Shown piece after piece: positions 1 through 8,930 of a stretch of 64,000 nucleotides of DNA (its first letter is position 1; the number at the start of each line of letters is the position of its first letter). Where the stretch lies: positions 1 through 64,000 of IMG/VR virus record IMGVR_UViG_3300005096_000058, one strand, 5' to 3'. The stretch comes from a virus. The position numbers and the translations under genes are program-made. A model generated the notes under the pieces. It was not told where the DNA came from and made no database searches. It saw only the letters and a list, made by a program, of their open reading frames with translations.

Positions 1-93
1 CTTGTTGGGGCTGAAGTTGTTGCTGTTGGTAGCCTTGTTGGGGCTGAAGTTGTTGCTGTTGGTAGCCTTGTTGGGGCTGAAGTTGTTGCTGTT
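1..93. repeat. 33-bp tandem repeat (about 2.8 copies visible) encoding YQQQQLQPQQG on the minus strand
   Basis: CTTGTTGGGGCTGAAGTTGTTGCTGTTGGTAGC at 1-33 and 34-66, partial at 67-93. Confidence 0.95.
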
Positions 94-1057
94 CCGCTTG
101 TTCTTGTTGCACCAAGGGCGGCAGCTGCGGAGGCACCGGGAAACCCATATCAACGATGGCTTGGTATTGCTCAGACAGCGTTGGGGGCTTCACAAACTTC
201 GTGAGGTCGTAGAGGTTCTGGAACGCCGGGTAGAAATTCTGGTCGAGAGGGGCTGGGTCCAAGTCGTCAATCGACCATTCGATGTCGAACATCTCCTTCC
301 CTTTTTTTCGCTTCTTGAGGATGAGCGGCCGGCCGTGGTGGGGGTCGACAATACGAGCCAGAGTTCTTGTCTCAATCTTTTTCCAGATGTCGACGTGCAA
401 CCCATTCGGAGCTCGGAAAAGCCATGGTGCAAAAGTCCCATCCGGCATGAAGTGCGACTGATAATGCTCCAGGAGGAGAATTTGGTAGATCGCGCGCTTG
501 CTAAGTTTTCCAGCAGCTGAGGCCCTTTTGGCGTCCACTTCGGAACCACTTTTGAAGAGCATGTTGCGAGAGGCACAGACCCAACACCCGTTGCCAGCGC
601 AAGTGATCCCGGTGCCGCCAGGCTTCTCAGCCGAGCGGTAAAAATGCGAAGGATCTTCGGCGAAATTGAGCGTGCCTGGGGCCCAAGAGGGAAGCAACCA
701 AAGCACGTAGCTGGCTTCATAACCAATTGGTACCTGCGACCACTTGGTTTCCCCGTTAGGGCCCAGGGGAGAGAACCAATGCGTGTCGCTGCCCCCACCC
801 TGTCCCGAGCGGATGCGGGCCATGCGCGCCTGCTCCTCCGCCGCCTTAGCGAACGCACGCTGCACGAGCGCATCGTCAGGCATGTGGACAACGGGGAGTC
901 CCGCGTGCGGCTGTTGTTGAGCCTGCATTTGGGCCTGGGGCGTCTCGGGGACCCAAACGCCTGCCTGGGTCTGCTGCATAGGAACGGTCTGCCGCTGCGT
1001 TTGGGGCTGCTGCTGCGGCACTTGGGGTTGCTGCTGCTGGTAGTAAGGCTGGTTCAT
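2..1057 (-). CDS. T4 gp32-like single-stranded DNA-binding protein (3' end runs off the window)
   Basis: Not in the ORF track because no stop falls in the window. ATG at 1057 with an AGGAG SD. Translation MNQPYYQQQQPQ...HFYRS...ITCAGNGCWVCA...IVDPHHGRPLILKK...; the His/Cys zinc motif and DP..G..L.L.K pattern resemble gp32-type SSBs. Lies next to UvsY-like and polymerase genes. Confidence 0.7.
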   Translation of the reverse strand, partial: MNQPYYQQQQPQVPQQQPQTQRQTVPMQQTQAGVWVPETPQAQMQAQQQPHAGLPVVHMPDDALVQRAFAKAAEEQARMARIRSGQGGGSDTHWFSPLGPNGETKWSQVPIGYEASYVLWLLPSWAPGTLNFAEDPSHFYRSAEKPGGTGITCAGNGCWVCASRNMLFKSGSEVDAKRASAAGKLSKRAIYQILLLEHYQSHFMPDGTFAPWLFRAPNGLHVDIWKKIETRTLARIVDPHHGRPLILKKRKKGKEMFDIEWSIDDLDPAPLDQNFYPAFQNLYDLTKFVKPPTLSEQYQAIVDMGFPVPPQLPPLVQQEQAEQQQLQPQQGYQQQQLQPQQGYQQQQLQPQQ

Positions 1058-1111
1058 CGTTCGGGGCTCCTCTGCTTTATGACAACAAGGTGGTGCGGTC
1101 TTTTTCCAAAA

Positions 1112-1627
1112 CTAAATTGAAAGGCCGGTCAGGCTTTGCTCGCCAGCGCGCCACACCCATTTGTGGAGATTTTCGCGTTTGGCCCGGAAGGCACCAACCA
1201 CACCTTTGCACGAGTGCGCGGCCTCCTTGAGCTCCTCCAGCAAACTGTTGATCACGGCGTATTCGGGATCACAGCGGTAGAGATCTTCAAGCTGGGCCGC
1301 GGTCACTTTTTTGCCCGTGGTGGGGTGCTCATCAGCGGCGTGGTCCAGACGGTACCTTGATTTCCAGACGGCGTATTTGCGCTCTTGGTATTGCACGACG
1401 CGTTCGCACTGCGCTTCCAGACGCGACCAATAAGCCACCTCAGCAGTCACGCGTTCGCACTGGCCCCCGAGGTCGTAGTCCAAAATAGAGACGGCGGTCA
1501 CAAGTGCTACCCCCTCGACGACAAGGTGCACGTCGAGCCCGTCCTGTCCGATGACATAAACCGTGAACGGGCGCATTGTCTGCAAAAACTGCATGTAGCC
1601 GCTTGTCGTCGTCACTGATCTGTTCAT
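1112..1627 (-). CDS. UvsY-like recombination mediator
   Basis: ATGA-coupled to the polymerase stop. Helical protein with AEVAYWSRL...TAAQLEDLYRCDPEY...AF..K..NL, as in UvsY-family proteins. Sits between polymerase and SSB. Confidence 0.55.
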   Translation of the reverse strand: MNRSVTTTSGYMQFLQTMRPFTVYVIGQDGLDVHLVVEGVALVTAVSILDYDLGGQCERVTAEVAYWSRLEAQCERVVQYQERKYAVWKSRYRLDHAADEHPTTGKKVTAAQLEDLYRCDPEYAVINSLLEELKEAAHSCKGVVGAFRAKRENLHKWVWRAGEQSLTGLSI

Positions 1628-3597
1628 ACCGTGATGCTCCGCTTCTCCGACCAATTGGTGTCGGTGTATTCGACGTCAGTCTCAGGCACGATGGGGTGGA
1701 ACTCTTTGAAATCCTCCATCATGTGTTTGATGCTGCGTGATATTTCCAAGAAGTATTGTTGGTGCATGTCGACCTGGATTTCATCGTGGATGGTCGAGCA
1801 CATTTTCAAACCGACGCCGTGTTGGTGGTTCCACCGATGGAGGCGCACGATGCTGGCCTTAGTCAGGTGAGCGGCAGTGCCCTGCACGAGGGTGCCGATA
1901 GCTTGACGTTCGGAACGGCCCCGCTGGTAAGCGTCGAGCGGGTTGGCTATCCCTGGGACGCGGCGCGGTCGTCCAAACATATTCTGAAAGAAGCACCCGT
2001 TCTGCCTGACACCTGCCCAAAACTTTTGGCGGAAGGGGGCGATGTTTGGGTAGCGTTCAAAGAACGTGTCCATGAACCGCTCAGCGTCTTCCAACGGAAT
2101 TTTGGCTTGGCGCGCGAATCCCTTCGCTGAGAGGCAGTATGCCAGGCCGAAATTAATTACTTTAGCGGGCCTGCGTTTCTCCTCGTCACCAAAAACTTCC
2201 CACGCAGTACGGGCGTGAATATCGCCGCCCTTGAGGTAAACGTCGAGCATTGTCGGGTCTTGGCTGTAGTGGGCCAAGACACGTAATTCGATCTGTGAAT
2301 AATCGTAATAACCTCGACACCAACCCGGGCCACGACAAACAAAAGCGCGCTTCACAGACCAAGGGTCAATGCCCCCATCCTTCAACTTCTTGCCGCTGTG
2401 TGCGAGGGCGCGCTTGTCTGAGTCACCTGCGAAATTCTGAAGGTTTGGTTTTTCAGCTGATAAACGGCCGGTGTTTGTACCGGCCTGTTTGAGGTCTCCG
2501 TGCAACAAACCGTCGTAGCCGATGCTGCGTAGAATGCTGTCTGTGTACGTGGTCGAAATCTTGTTGGCTTGTCGCCACTGAAGGATCAGCCCCATAGCCG
2601 GGTGTTCGTCTTCGAAATACTCAAGAACCTCTTTATCCACCGAAAGCGCCTGAGTCTTAGTCTTCTTCCACATACGAAGGCCAAGGCGCTGGCTCATGAC
2701 GTGACGCAATTCCTCGTCGCTGCCTAAGTTGAACTGATAATTTCCCAATGCAGAATATATCTGAGGAGCCAGGCGTGCTTGGGCTTCTTCGGTGACCCGT
2801 TTCAGTTGGTGAATGTAATCGACGTCGAGGGGGAGACCGTTCTCCTCCATCTCCACAAGTGCGGCGGTCAGGTCTATTTCTAGATCGTAGGTGCTCGCGT
2901 AGTCTTGTCGGATGTTGTTGGCGTCGTAGTGCTCACCTAATTCCCAGGTGAACTCCGTGTCAAAGCAAGCGTAGATACCAGTCGTCTGGACGGGGAGGTG
3001 ACTGTACCCAAAGTTGTCGCGGTACTCATTTTTCCCAAACGGGCTGTCCTTGACCAAGCGATTGAGTTCGTTGTCGAGAATGGCCTCGTAGACCAAGGCG
3101 TCTGGGCGACCTAGATCCAGGTTGGCTCGGGACTTCAGTGCGAGGGGCATGTTCTCGTCAGAGAGCATGGCTTCGATCATCGTGTCCCTGCGGGGGCCCA
3201 GCATGTCGATGCCGTCGGCGCGAACCATGTGCCAATCGAATTTGGCGTTATGACAAATCTTCCCAATGTTGGGGTTCTGGACGACGTCACGTATGCCCCA
3301 AAGGGCTAATTCTTCGTCTAGCTGATCCTCTCCGGTTTGGTGCCTGAACGGGACGTACCAAGACTGCAGCGCGCCGTCTGGGCGACAGGTAAAGGAGGCC
3401 CCACACATGCGCGCGTGGCGATACCAAGCCGTGCCGCTGGTCTCAGTATCGAACGCCACCCAGTCTTGCCGCAGCAACACGGCCATCATCTCTTGAAACT
3501 GTTGCTGCGATGTCACCACTTGCCTGCGGGGGTCATGCGCTTTGGCGTGATAGTCAAACGCACGCGTCTGGACGTAGTGGTGCAAGTTCCCCGACAA
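1624..3597 (-). CDS. polA: DNA polymerase family A with 3'-5' exonuclease
   Basis: Exonuclease motifs FDTETSG, HNAKFD, YACFD; polymerase motifs TGRLS..PNLQN, DYSQIELR, K.INFGLAY, IHDE. Start placed at TTG 3597 behind GGAGG (track start 3723). Confidence 0.95.
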   Translation of the reverse strand: MSGNLHHYVQTRAFDYHAKAHDPRRQVVTSQQQFQEMMAVLLRQDWVAFDTETSGTAWYRHARMCGASFTCRPDGALQSWYVPFRHQTGEDQLDEELALWGIRDVVQNPNIGKICHNAKFDWHMVRADGIDMLGPRRDTMIEAMLSDENMPLALKSRANLDLGRPDALVYEAILDNELNRLVKDSPFGKNEYRDNFGYSHLPVQTTGIYACFDTEFTWELGEHYDANNIRQDYASTYDLEIDLTAALVEMEENGLPLDVDYIHQLKRVTEEAQARLAPQIYSALGNYQFNLGSDEELRHVMSQRLGLRMWKKTKTQALSVDKEVLEYFEDEHPAMGLILQWRQANKISTTYTDSILRSIGYDGLLHGDLKQAGTNTGRLSAEKPNLQNFAGDSDKRALAHSGKKLKDGGIDPWSVKRAFVCRGPGWCRGYYDYSQIELRVLAHYSQDPTMLDVYLKGGDIHARTAWEVFGDEEKRRPAKVINFGLAYCLSAKGFARQAKIPLEDAERFMDTFFERYPNIAPFRQKFWAGVRQNGCFFQNMFGRPRRVPGIANPLDAYQRGRSERQAIGTLVQGTAAHLTKASIVRLHRWNHQHGVGLKMCSTIHDEIQVDMHQQYFLEISRSIKHMMEDFKEFHPIVPETDVEYTDTNWSEKRSITV

Positions 3598-3601
3598 GGC
3601 T

Positions 3602-4654
3602 TTACAGCCTCCAGAACTTTGGGGAGCTCCAGTTGGCCATCGCGCGCTTGCCTGAGTTGTCGCCTTGACGGTCGTACTCCTGAGTGCCTGCGATGTGTAC
3701 GACGGTGCTGTAGAGCGTCTCAAACTTCTTACCGTCGAGCTTGTAGCCGTTTGTTAGGACGGTCACCTTCCACAGCTTGCCCCCAAACTCGCGCTCCAAA
3801 ACTGTGCCAGTTTCCAGTGCCGCAACCTTGGGGGAGCGGGCTCGCTCACGTTCAAACCTGGAAAGCGTTCCTTTTTTTGCAACCTTCTTTTTGGTGGCGG
3901 CCTTTTTTGTGGCGGCTTTCTTAACGGTTGGTTTTTTGGGGGCGGGTACCGGGACTGCCTTCTTTTTAGCCGCGACTTTCTTTTTCGGGGGAGCTTTCGC
4001 TCGGACCTTTGGTGGGGGCGCAGTCTTCTTGGTAGATTTCTTCTTTGCTGCTTTTTTCTTGGCGGGTTTGATCACCGCTTCGGTTGGTAGGGAAAAGCTT
4101 TGCGTTTCAGGCTCAGGACCACCCAACACCAAGGACAAACCCCCGACAGCGGCGGGGTCTACTGGCGTGTTAGTTGGTCCTTGTTTTTTTAGCGCCTCCA
4201 GAAGTTCGGCACTGGGTGACGCCTGCGGCGGTAAGAATTTCTCAATCGGGTTGCCCTCGGTTCCCGCGCGCCAACGACCCGTCGGATGGCCGCCCTTGTT
4301 TCGCTCCAAAAATCCTAAGAGCTTCCGGCCGATGGTGACGCCATCGACACACTCCGCACCCATACCCTCAGCGACATCGGCATCGCCAGCTACGGCACCA
4401 TTCTGCACCTGCGATTTACCAAGCTTTTGCTCCTCGATGTTGGTGATTTTTCGCGCAATGACCATGAGGCATCGATCGCGCACAAGACAGACGCCCATAC
4501 ACACGGAGCCGCCCTCAGCGTCACGATCGTCCTCAAACGCAATTCCAAAGCACTCGTACTCGCGAGAAATTCGCTTGTCGTTCCAGCTCCGCGGATCTCG
4601 GACCTCACCACTCACTTCTGCTGCTTCACTCATCAGTTTTTCTCTCTCAGCCAA
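3602..4654 (-). CDS. DUF2924/RAMA-like domain protein with Lys/Ala-rich histone-like linker
   Basis: C-terminus GTVLEREFGGKLWKVTVLTNGYKLDGKKFETL...WSSPKFWRL matches the DUF2924 pattern. Central KKKAAKKK repeats and an N-terminal Cys cluster. Confidence 0.7.
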   Translation of the reverse strand: MAEREKLMSEAAEVSGEVRDPRSWNDKRISREYECFGIAFEDDRDAEGGSVCMGVCLVRDRCLMVIARKITNIEEQKLGKSQVQNGAVAGDADVAEGMGAECVDGVTIGRKLLGFLERNKGGHPTGRWRAGTEGNPIEKFLPPQASPSAELLEALKKQGPTNTPVDPAAVGGLSLVLGGPEPETQSFSLPTEAVIKPAKKKAAKKKSTKKTAPPPKVRAKAPPKKKVAAKKKAVPVPAPKKPTVKKAATKKAATKKKVAKKGTLSRFERERARSPKVAALETGTVLEREFGGKLWKVTVLTNGYKLDGKKFETLYSTVVHIAGTQEYDRQGDNSGKRAMANWSSPKFWRL

Positions 4655-5162
4655 TCAAGGCTGAAGCTGCAGCGCGGGCCGCAGCCAGACGGTTGTACCA
4701 ACTCTGCCGGGTCACCCCGAGGTCGGCGGATGCTTGGCGCCAGTTTGACGACAGCGCACGCTGGATCACATCCTTGTGCTCCGGGGACAGTCCCGCGTCC
4801 AGACGCCTAAGGCAATAACAGTCTTCCAGACGATGGGATTGCTGAGATTGCTGGCCATCGGCGAAAGTTTCAATTTGCCCCGCACAGTCGACAAGCCGTC
4901 TGGATTGCACGGTGGCGGCGCGCCTAAAATTGCGGGCGTGGTTCCAGAGTGACGCGTAGACGAAGGCCGCAGGTCGAGTTCCATCAGCAGCCAACACCTC
5001 GCACGCCTTCAAATGGAGCTCCTGTTCCAAATCCTGCAACGTATTGCCGTGCGGGTCAGCCGAAGATCCCCGCATGGATCGGAACGCAAAACGGGCCACT
5101 TTTTTCACCTCGGAGGCAGAGGGGTACGCTCGCGCCGTGGATGGCGCGTGATTGGTTCTCAT
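4647..5162 (-). CDS. sigma-70/ECF-like RNA polymerase sigma factor
   Basis: Region-2-like QDLEQELHLK...FVYASLWNHARNFRR and region-4 HTH LSPEHKDVI...ASADLGVTRQSWYNRL; GGGAG SD. Confidence 0.7.
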   Translation of the reverse strand: MRTNHAPSTARAYPSASEVKKVARFAFRSMRGSSADPHGNTLQDLEQELHLKACEVLAADGTRPAAFVYASLWNHARNFRRAATVQSRRLVDCAGQIETFADGQQSQQSHRLEDCYCLRRLDAGLSPEHKDVIQRALSSNWRQASADLGVTRQSWYNRLAAARAAASALIG

Positions 5163-5183
5163 GGTTGTTTTCTCCCTTTATTT

Positions 5184-5223
5184 AGAGCCGTTCGGCTCCG
5201 TGTCGACGGGGTGACCCCGTCAA
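5184..5223. promoter_or_regulatory. two adjacent inverted repeats upstream of the sigma gene (candidate operator or RNA hairpins)
   Basis: GAGCCG-TT-CGGCTC and GACGGGGTGACCCCGTC in the RHH-sigma spacer. Confidence 0.35.
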
Positions 5224-5230
5224 CGGTTAA

Positions 5231-5482
5231 CTAGAGGCCAGCCCTGGCCTCACTCAATTCTCTGTTGAATTCTTTCTCCAGCGCATCCAGAACGCTGCGG
5301 GGCGCCTTGACCGCGCGAGCCAAAAGCACTCCTTTGGTCAAGATCGCGAGGACGAAAAACGCATTGCGTGAGACACCCGCGTCGATGAGCAGCCGATCGA
5401 GGGTGGCCTGCGCGCGGCGGCCGAATCGGATTGTGGTTTTGAGAGCCACGTCTTGGCGCAATTTGGGATTAGCTTTTGCCAC
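5231..5482 (-). CDS. small ribbon-helix-helix-like DNA-binding protein
   Basis: KTTIRFG strand, a helix, then GVSRNAFF (G.SR turn typical of RHH). Confidence 0.55.
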   Translation of the reverse strand: MAKANPKLRQDVALKTTIRFGRRAQATLDRLLIDAGVSRNAFFVLAILTKGVLLARAVKAPRSVLDALEKEFNRELSEARAGL

Positions 5483-5491
5483 TTGTTCTCC

Positions 5492-6580
5492 TCACAGAAG
5501 CAGATGTCCAGATGAATAGGGGCGGGCATGGGCGCGGTAAGCCTTGAGCTCTTCGCGCGTGTAATCTCCAGGATCTCCCTGGGGGAGGAACACAATGCGC
5601 ACCTCCATGAACGCCGCTAGCTGGGCTGAGGCGGCGATCATCGCCTCCCAGGCGCCTGCGGGCTCCTTTGCGCTTGGTCCGTCCCACATGAAGTCCACCG
5701 CCCGCACGTTGGCTCTGACCAAGCGGGCGATTTGCTGAGAGCTCAGCTGTTTGCCGAAGGTGGCCACGGCGTCTGGGCCCGTGCGTATGCACGACGTGGG
5801 GCCCTCCGTGATACATACACGAGGGTAGCGGGCGGCCTGTTCTAAATTTAGAAGCACGTCGCCTGAGCCGTAAAACCTGATCCCATTGCGTTCGGCAGCG
5901 GGGTTCAGCGTCTTGCGGAACTTGTCTTTGTCGACAGATCCATCCCGCCGCACAAAGGGCCGAGACACATGCTCGTGCTCGTCCCACATTGCTCGCGCTT
6001 GCCAGTAGATGCATTTGTCCTGCTCCCAGACCGGAAAAACTAAACGGTTCGCCAACCACCCAGACGAGCACCAGCCGAGGCCGAATTGGCGCACATCCTC
6101 GGGGGTGATGCCCCTCCGGGCAAGGTAAGGCATATTGCCCGCGATAGCAACAGTTTCTTGGGGCAAGCCTGTGGGCTGTGCTGGGGCTCGCTCGGTGCGG
6201 TTTTGGAACGCGGGTTCTGGGAGAACGTCAGGGGAGCCTAGCGCGTGGCTCACAAATTCTGCGATGCGCTGAAGGGCTTCGGGTGTGTTGAGACCCTCCA
6301 TCCACTTTACAAGCCCTAGAGAGCCCCCTGCCCCCTCGTCGGCTGTCTTCTTGCCCAGAGCATCTATTTTGTATTTCTCGCAGCGAAAACATCGCCAGCG
6401 ACCTGAGCGCACGTTCACCGTCAATTTCACCAAGCCACACTTTGGGCACGGCACCAGATATTCACTGCGCCCTTCGCGCTCTGGCCCGAAGGTGCGCACG
6501 TAGCTTTCGATGTCGAAACGCTGAAGCAGAAGTTCGATGTCAGGCCTCAATACCAGATCCCGCGGCCAGCCCACATGCAC
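5492..6580 (-). CDS. DNA primase (Zn finger + TOPRIM)
   Basis: CPKC...WRCFRC zinc finger; YLARRGI, RLVFPV, WQAR; TOPRIM ITEG...ATFGK...WD...DPGD. Confidence 0.9.
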   Translation of the reverse strand: MHVGWPRDLVLRPDIELLLQRFDIESYVRTFGPEREGRSEYLVPCPKCGLVKLTVNVRSGRWRCFRCEKYKIDALGKKTADEGAGGSLGLVKWMEGLNTPEALQRIAEFVSHALGSPDVLPEPAFQNRTERAPAQPTGLPQETVAIAGNMPYLARRGITPEDVRQFGLGWCSSGWLANRLVFPVWEQDKCIYWQARAMWDEHEHVSRPFVRRDGSVDKDKFRKTLNPAAERNGIRFYGSGDVLLNLEQAARYPRVCITEGPTSCIRTGPDAVATFGKQLSSQQIARLVRANVRAVDFMWDGPSAKEPAGAWEAMIAASAQLAAFMEVRIVFLPQGDPGDYTREELKAYRAHARPYSSGHLLL

Positions 6581-6617
6581 AACATCCAGACGCCGAGCTC
6601 ATTATAAGGATCATCGA

Positions 6618-8090
6618 TCACTGCACACCCGTTTTCTGCTGCCAGCCGCCACCCGGGGCGGCATAGCCCAAAGCAGGCGCAGCGTGAGCCGTCGTTTGGT
6701 TCATCGTCGCTGGAAGGTCGACCGCGCCGCCGATCTTCATGCGCTGGAAATCACAAGCCACCAGCATCTCGACGTCGGCGGCGTTGTCCCGCAACAATTC
6801 CAGATAGAGGCGCATCACACCTTGTCGGCGTTCTTCGCGGGTCTGGTTGATCGAGCCGACCATGTCCGCGATGCGCACTTTGGCGTAGCAGTCGGCGATG
6901 TCTTTGCTTTTGAGAATGTCCTGGACGTCGTCAAAGTTAGCGTCTTTGGGTCGCTGCACTTGACTAGCTGTCCAGACGGCGAAGCCACGGTTGGCCAAGC
7001 TTTTAAGATCTTGGAATGACGATTTCTGCGAGTCCGTGTCTGATTTGTACCCCCCGGGGCGGGGGCGCCCGTCCAGCAAATCGCAATAATCGACGATGAT
7101 GACGTCGGGGGACCAACCGTGCACTTGCTTCAATTCACGCATCTCATTCCAGATGTGCGTGATGTTGAAGTCCCAGTCGTCGGTGAAGGCACGCACGACG
7201 CATTGGCTGCGCAACATCTGCATCTCTTGGTAGGCCATCGCATACCGAGCCGCATCGATCTCACCCGCACGCACGTTCGTGTAGAGTTCGTCGGTGAAGA
7301 CGGTGTCATAGCGATCAGCGATGTAGCCGCCGCTCCCCTCCAGCGGAATGTGCAACACCTTTCGATTGTACGCGCGCAAGGCTACCGCGCCCTTGTTGAC
7401 TAAAAAAGTAGTTTTCCCAGCTTTAGGTCTGGACAACCACACGCCCAAGAACCCCGGGTGGGCGCCACCACCTAAAGCCTTGTCGAGAGCGGGAATCCCT
7501 GTGCCTGTGTGGCGGCCCTGCATCTCCAGCGATTGCCGCTTGATATGTCGATCAGCGAGTTCGTCCATGAGCCACTGCCGATCGGGAGTCTCCCACGAAA
7601 CTGAACGCAATGAATCCAGACGTTCCTGCATGAAATCATATGCGGCGTCGACCTTGCCCGCATTGAACAGGTCGCGTGAATCGATGTATGCCTCACGGAA
7701 CACCTGCCGTTTGATGAAATCTAAAGTCTTGTCGCGCAGCCAAGGTTCGTCCGTGACTGGCCGCTCGATCACACCCTGCAGCACGGCTGCGTACACGGGC
7801 TGGAGGTTGGGGTCGAGCGAACGCACTTGGTCAATAACAACGGGGAGCGTAGGGAATGCGCCGTAGCTAGAGGCGTACCACTGCGAAAACCCGAAGCTCC
7901 AAGCCATGGCTTCGTTCTGGAAAAACTTTGGTTGAAGGTATTTGGCCACCTGTCTGGAGAAGCCGCTGTCCTCTAGTAGGAGTCTGATCAACATGCCCTG
8001 GAATTCCACCCCGAAGACAGAGCCTAGATCTTGCGCCTCCGGTTGTGGGTGGGGCCTCTGTTGGTAGAGCGTGACCGGGCGCCTATCCAT
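6618..8090 (-). CDS. DnaB-like replicative helicase
   Basis: TGIPALDKALGGG, Walker A RPKAGKTT, LE, IIVDYCDLL, WTASQVQR. Confidence 0.9.
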   Translation of the reverse strand: MDRRPVTLYQQRPHPQPEAQDLGSVFGVEFQGMLIRLLLEDSGFSRQVAKYLQPKFFQNEAMAWSFGFSQWYASSYGAFPTLPVVIDQVRSLDPNLQPVYAAVLQGVIERPVTDEPWLRDKTLDFIKRQVFREAYIDSRDLFNAGKVDAAYDFMQERLDSLRSVSWETPDRQWLMDELADRHIKRQSLEMQGRHTGTGIPALDKALGGGAHPGFLGVWLSRPKAGKTTFLVNKGAVALRAYNRKVLHIPLEGSGGYIADRYDTVFTDELYTNVRAGEIDAARYAMAYQEMQMLRSQCVVRAFTDDWDFNITHIWNEMRELKQVHGWSPDVIIVDYCDLLDGRPRPGGYKSDTDSQKSSFQDLKSLANRGFAVWTASQVQRPKDANFDDVQDILKSKDIADCYAKVRIADMVGSINQTREERRQGVMRLYLELLRDNAADVEMLVACDFQRMKIGGAVDLPATMNQTTAHAAPALGYAAPGGGWQQKTGVQ

Positions 8091-8697
8091 GAGCGCGGCG
8101 GGAAATAGCCGCAGCGTCTCCCGACGACAACTCCCCTTTTCTAAGCGCGATGATGTCGAACATGACGTAACCTTGAATTTTGATTGAACACTTGGTTTTT
8201 ACGGTACAGGAGAGACAAACTGTTGATTTGGGGTGGAACCCCAGCGTGCGATCCAACACTTGGTTCAAGCACTCTTGCGGCTTGCCCACAAAACTCCGCT
8301 TCAGCGCCTCCACTGCGGGGGCCGTGTCGCGGTTGGGATCAAAGAACTCCTCTTGGGCAGCGTCCTTGGCGGTGGCCCGCATTCGCCGACCGAAGAACCC
8401 GATGCCGCTCATCCTCCGGTAACGGGGCACTTGTTTATCGCTGAGGAGGTGCCCTCTAAGCAGTTGGGGGGCGCCCTGCCAGCCTCGGTTCTTGAATAGG
8501 GAGAACAACCACAAGCGGGGTTCCAGATGTTTTTCGCGACACCAACTGATGAGCTCTTCCATGAGGGTGCGCAATTCCGTGGTCATCTTCTTGGCACCGA
8601 AGCGGGCCCCCTGGCCTTGGAGGGTGTGGTAATGCTTGGTTAATGTGCGGTAGTAGCTCCAATCAGCTAAAAGCTGCGCGGCCAGATCGCTCATCAT
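8083..8697 (-). CDS. hypothetical protein (Cys cluster near C-terminus)
   Basis: 204-aa ORF overlapping both neighbours; FHPKS..CLSC....KC. Confidence 0.6.
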   Translation of the reverse strand: MMSDLAAQLLADWSYYRTLTKHYHTLQGQGARFGAKKMTTELRTLMEELISWCREKHLEPRLWLFSLFKNRGWQGAPQLLRGHLLSDKQVPRYRRMSGIGFFGRRMRATAKDAAQEEFFDPNRDTAPAVEALKRSFVGKPQECLNQVLDRTLGFHPKSTVCLSCTVKTKCSIKIQGYVMFDIIALRKGELSSGDAAAISRRAHG

Positions 8698-8930
8698 GCC
8701 CGCTCGTACCCGGTGCCCTCGACGAGGAACAAGCCCTGTACCGCGTGTTTCGGAATTAACTTCTCCCCTGTGGGCTCCTCCACGCCGTAGCTATACTTGT
8801 CCACCCAGAGCAGCTTGCAACGCAAAAACTGCCGCGTATCCGGCTTCTGTGACGACAGAATGATTCCGATCTGTTTGCCCTTCAGCCGGTCGAGGAACTC
8901 AGATTCTGGGCCTTTGCGTTTTGCCGTCAC
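8694..8930 (-). CDS. Hfq/Sm-like RNA-binding protein
   Basis: 78 aa. FLDRLK helix, IGIIL, L..KL.WVDKY (Sm1-like) and LIPKHAV (Sm2; compare Hfq YKHAI). GTGA/ATGA coupling at both ends. Confidence 0.65.
   Translation of the reverse strand: MTAKRKGPESEFLDRLKGKQIGIILSSQKPDTRQFLRCKLLWVDKYSYGVEEPTGEKLIPKHAVQGLFLVEGTGYERA

Noticed and set aside
1-93. 33-bp repeats as a CRISPR array
   Set aside because: The copies are directly adjacent with no spacers and are in frame within a coding region.
2-1120. Leu-rich plus-strand ORFs (2..520, 644..1120) and minus-strand ORF 190..891
   Set aside because: They are antisense or alternate-frame shadows of the Gln-rich SSB gene, which has an SD and recognisable motifs.
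3777-4664. 295-aa hydrophobic plus-strand ORF resembling a membrane protein
   Set aside because: The Phe/Ala richness is the antisense mirror of the Lys/Ala-rich linker.
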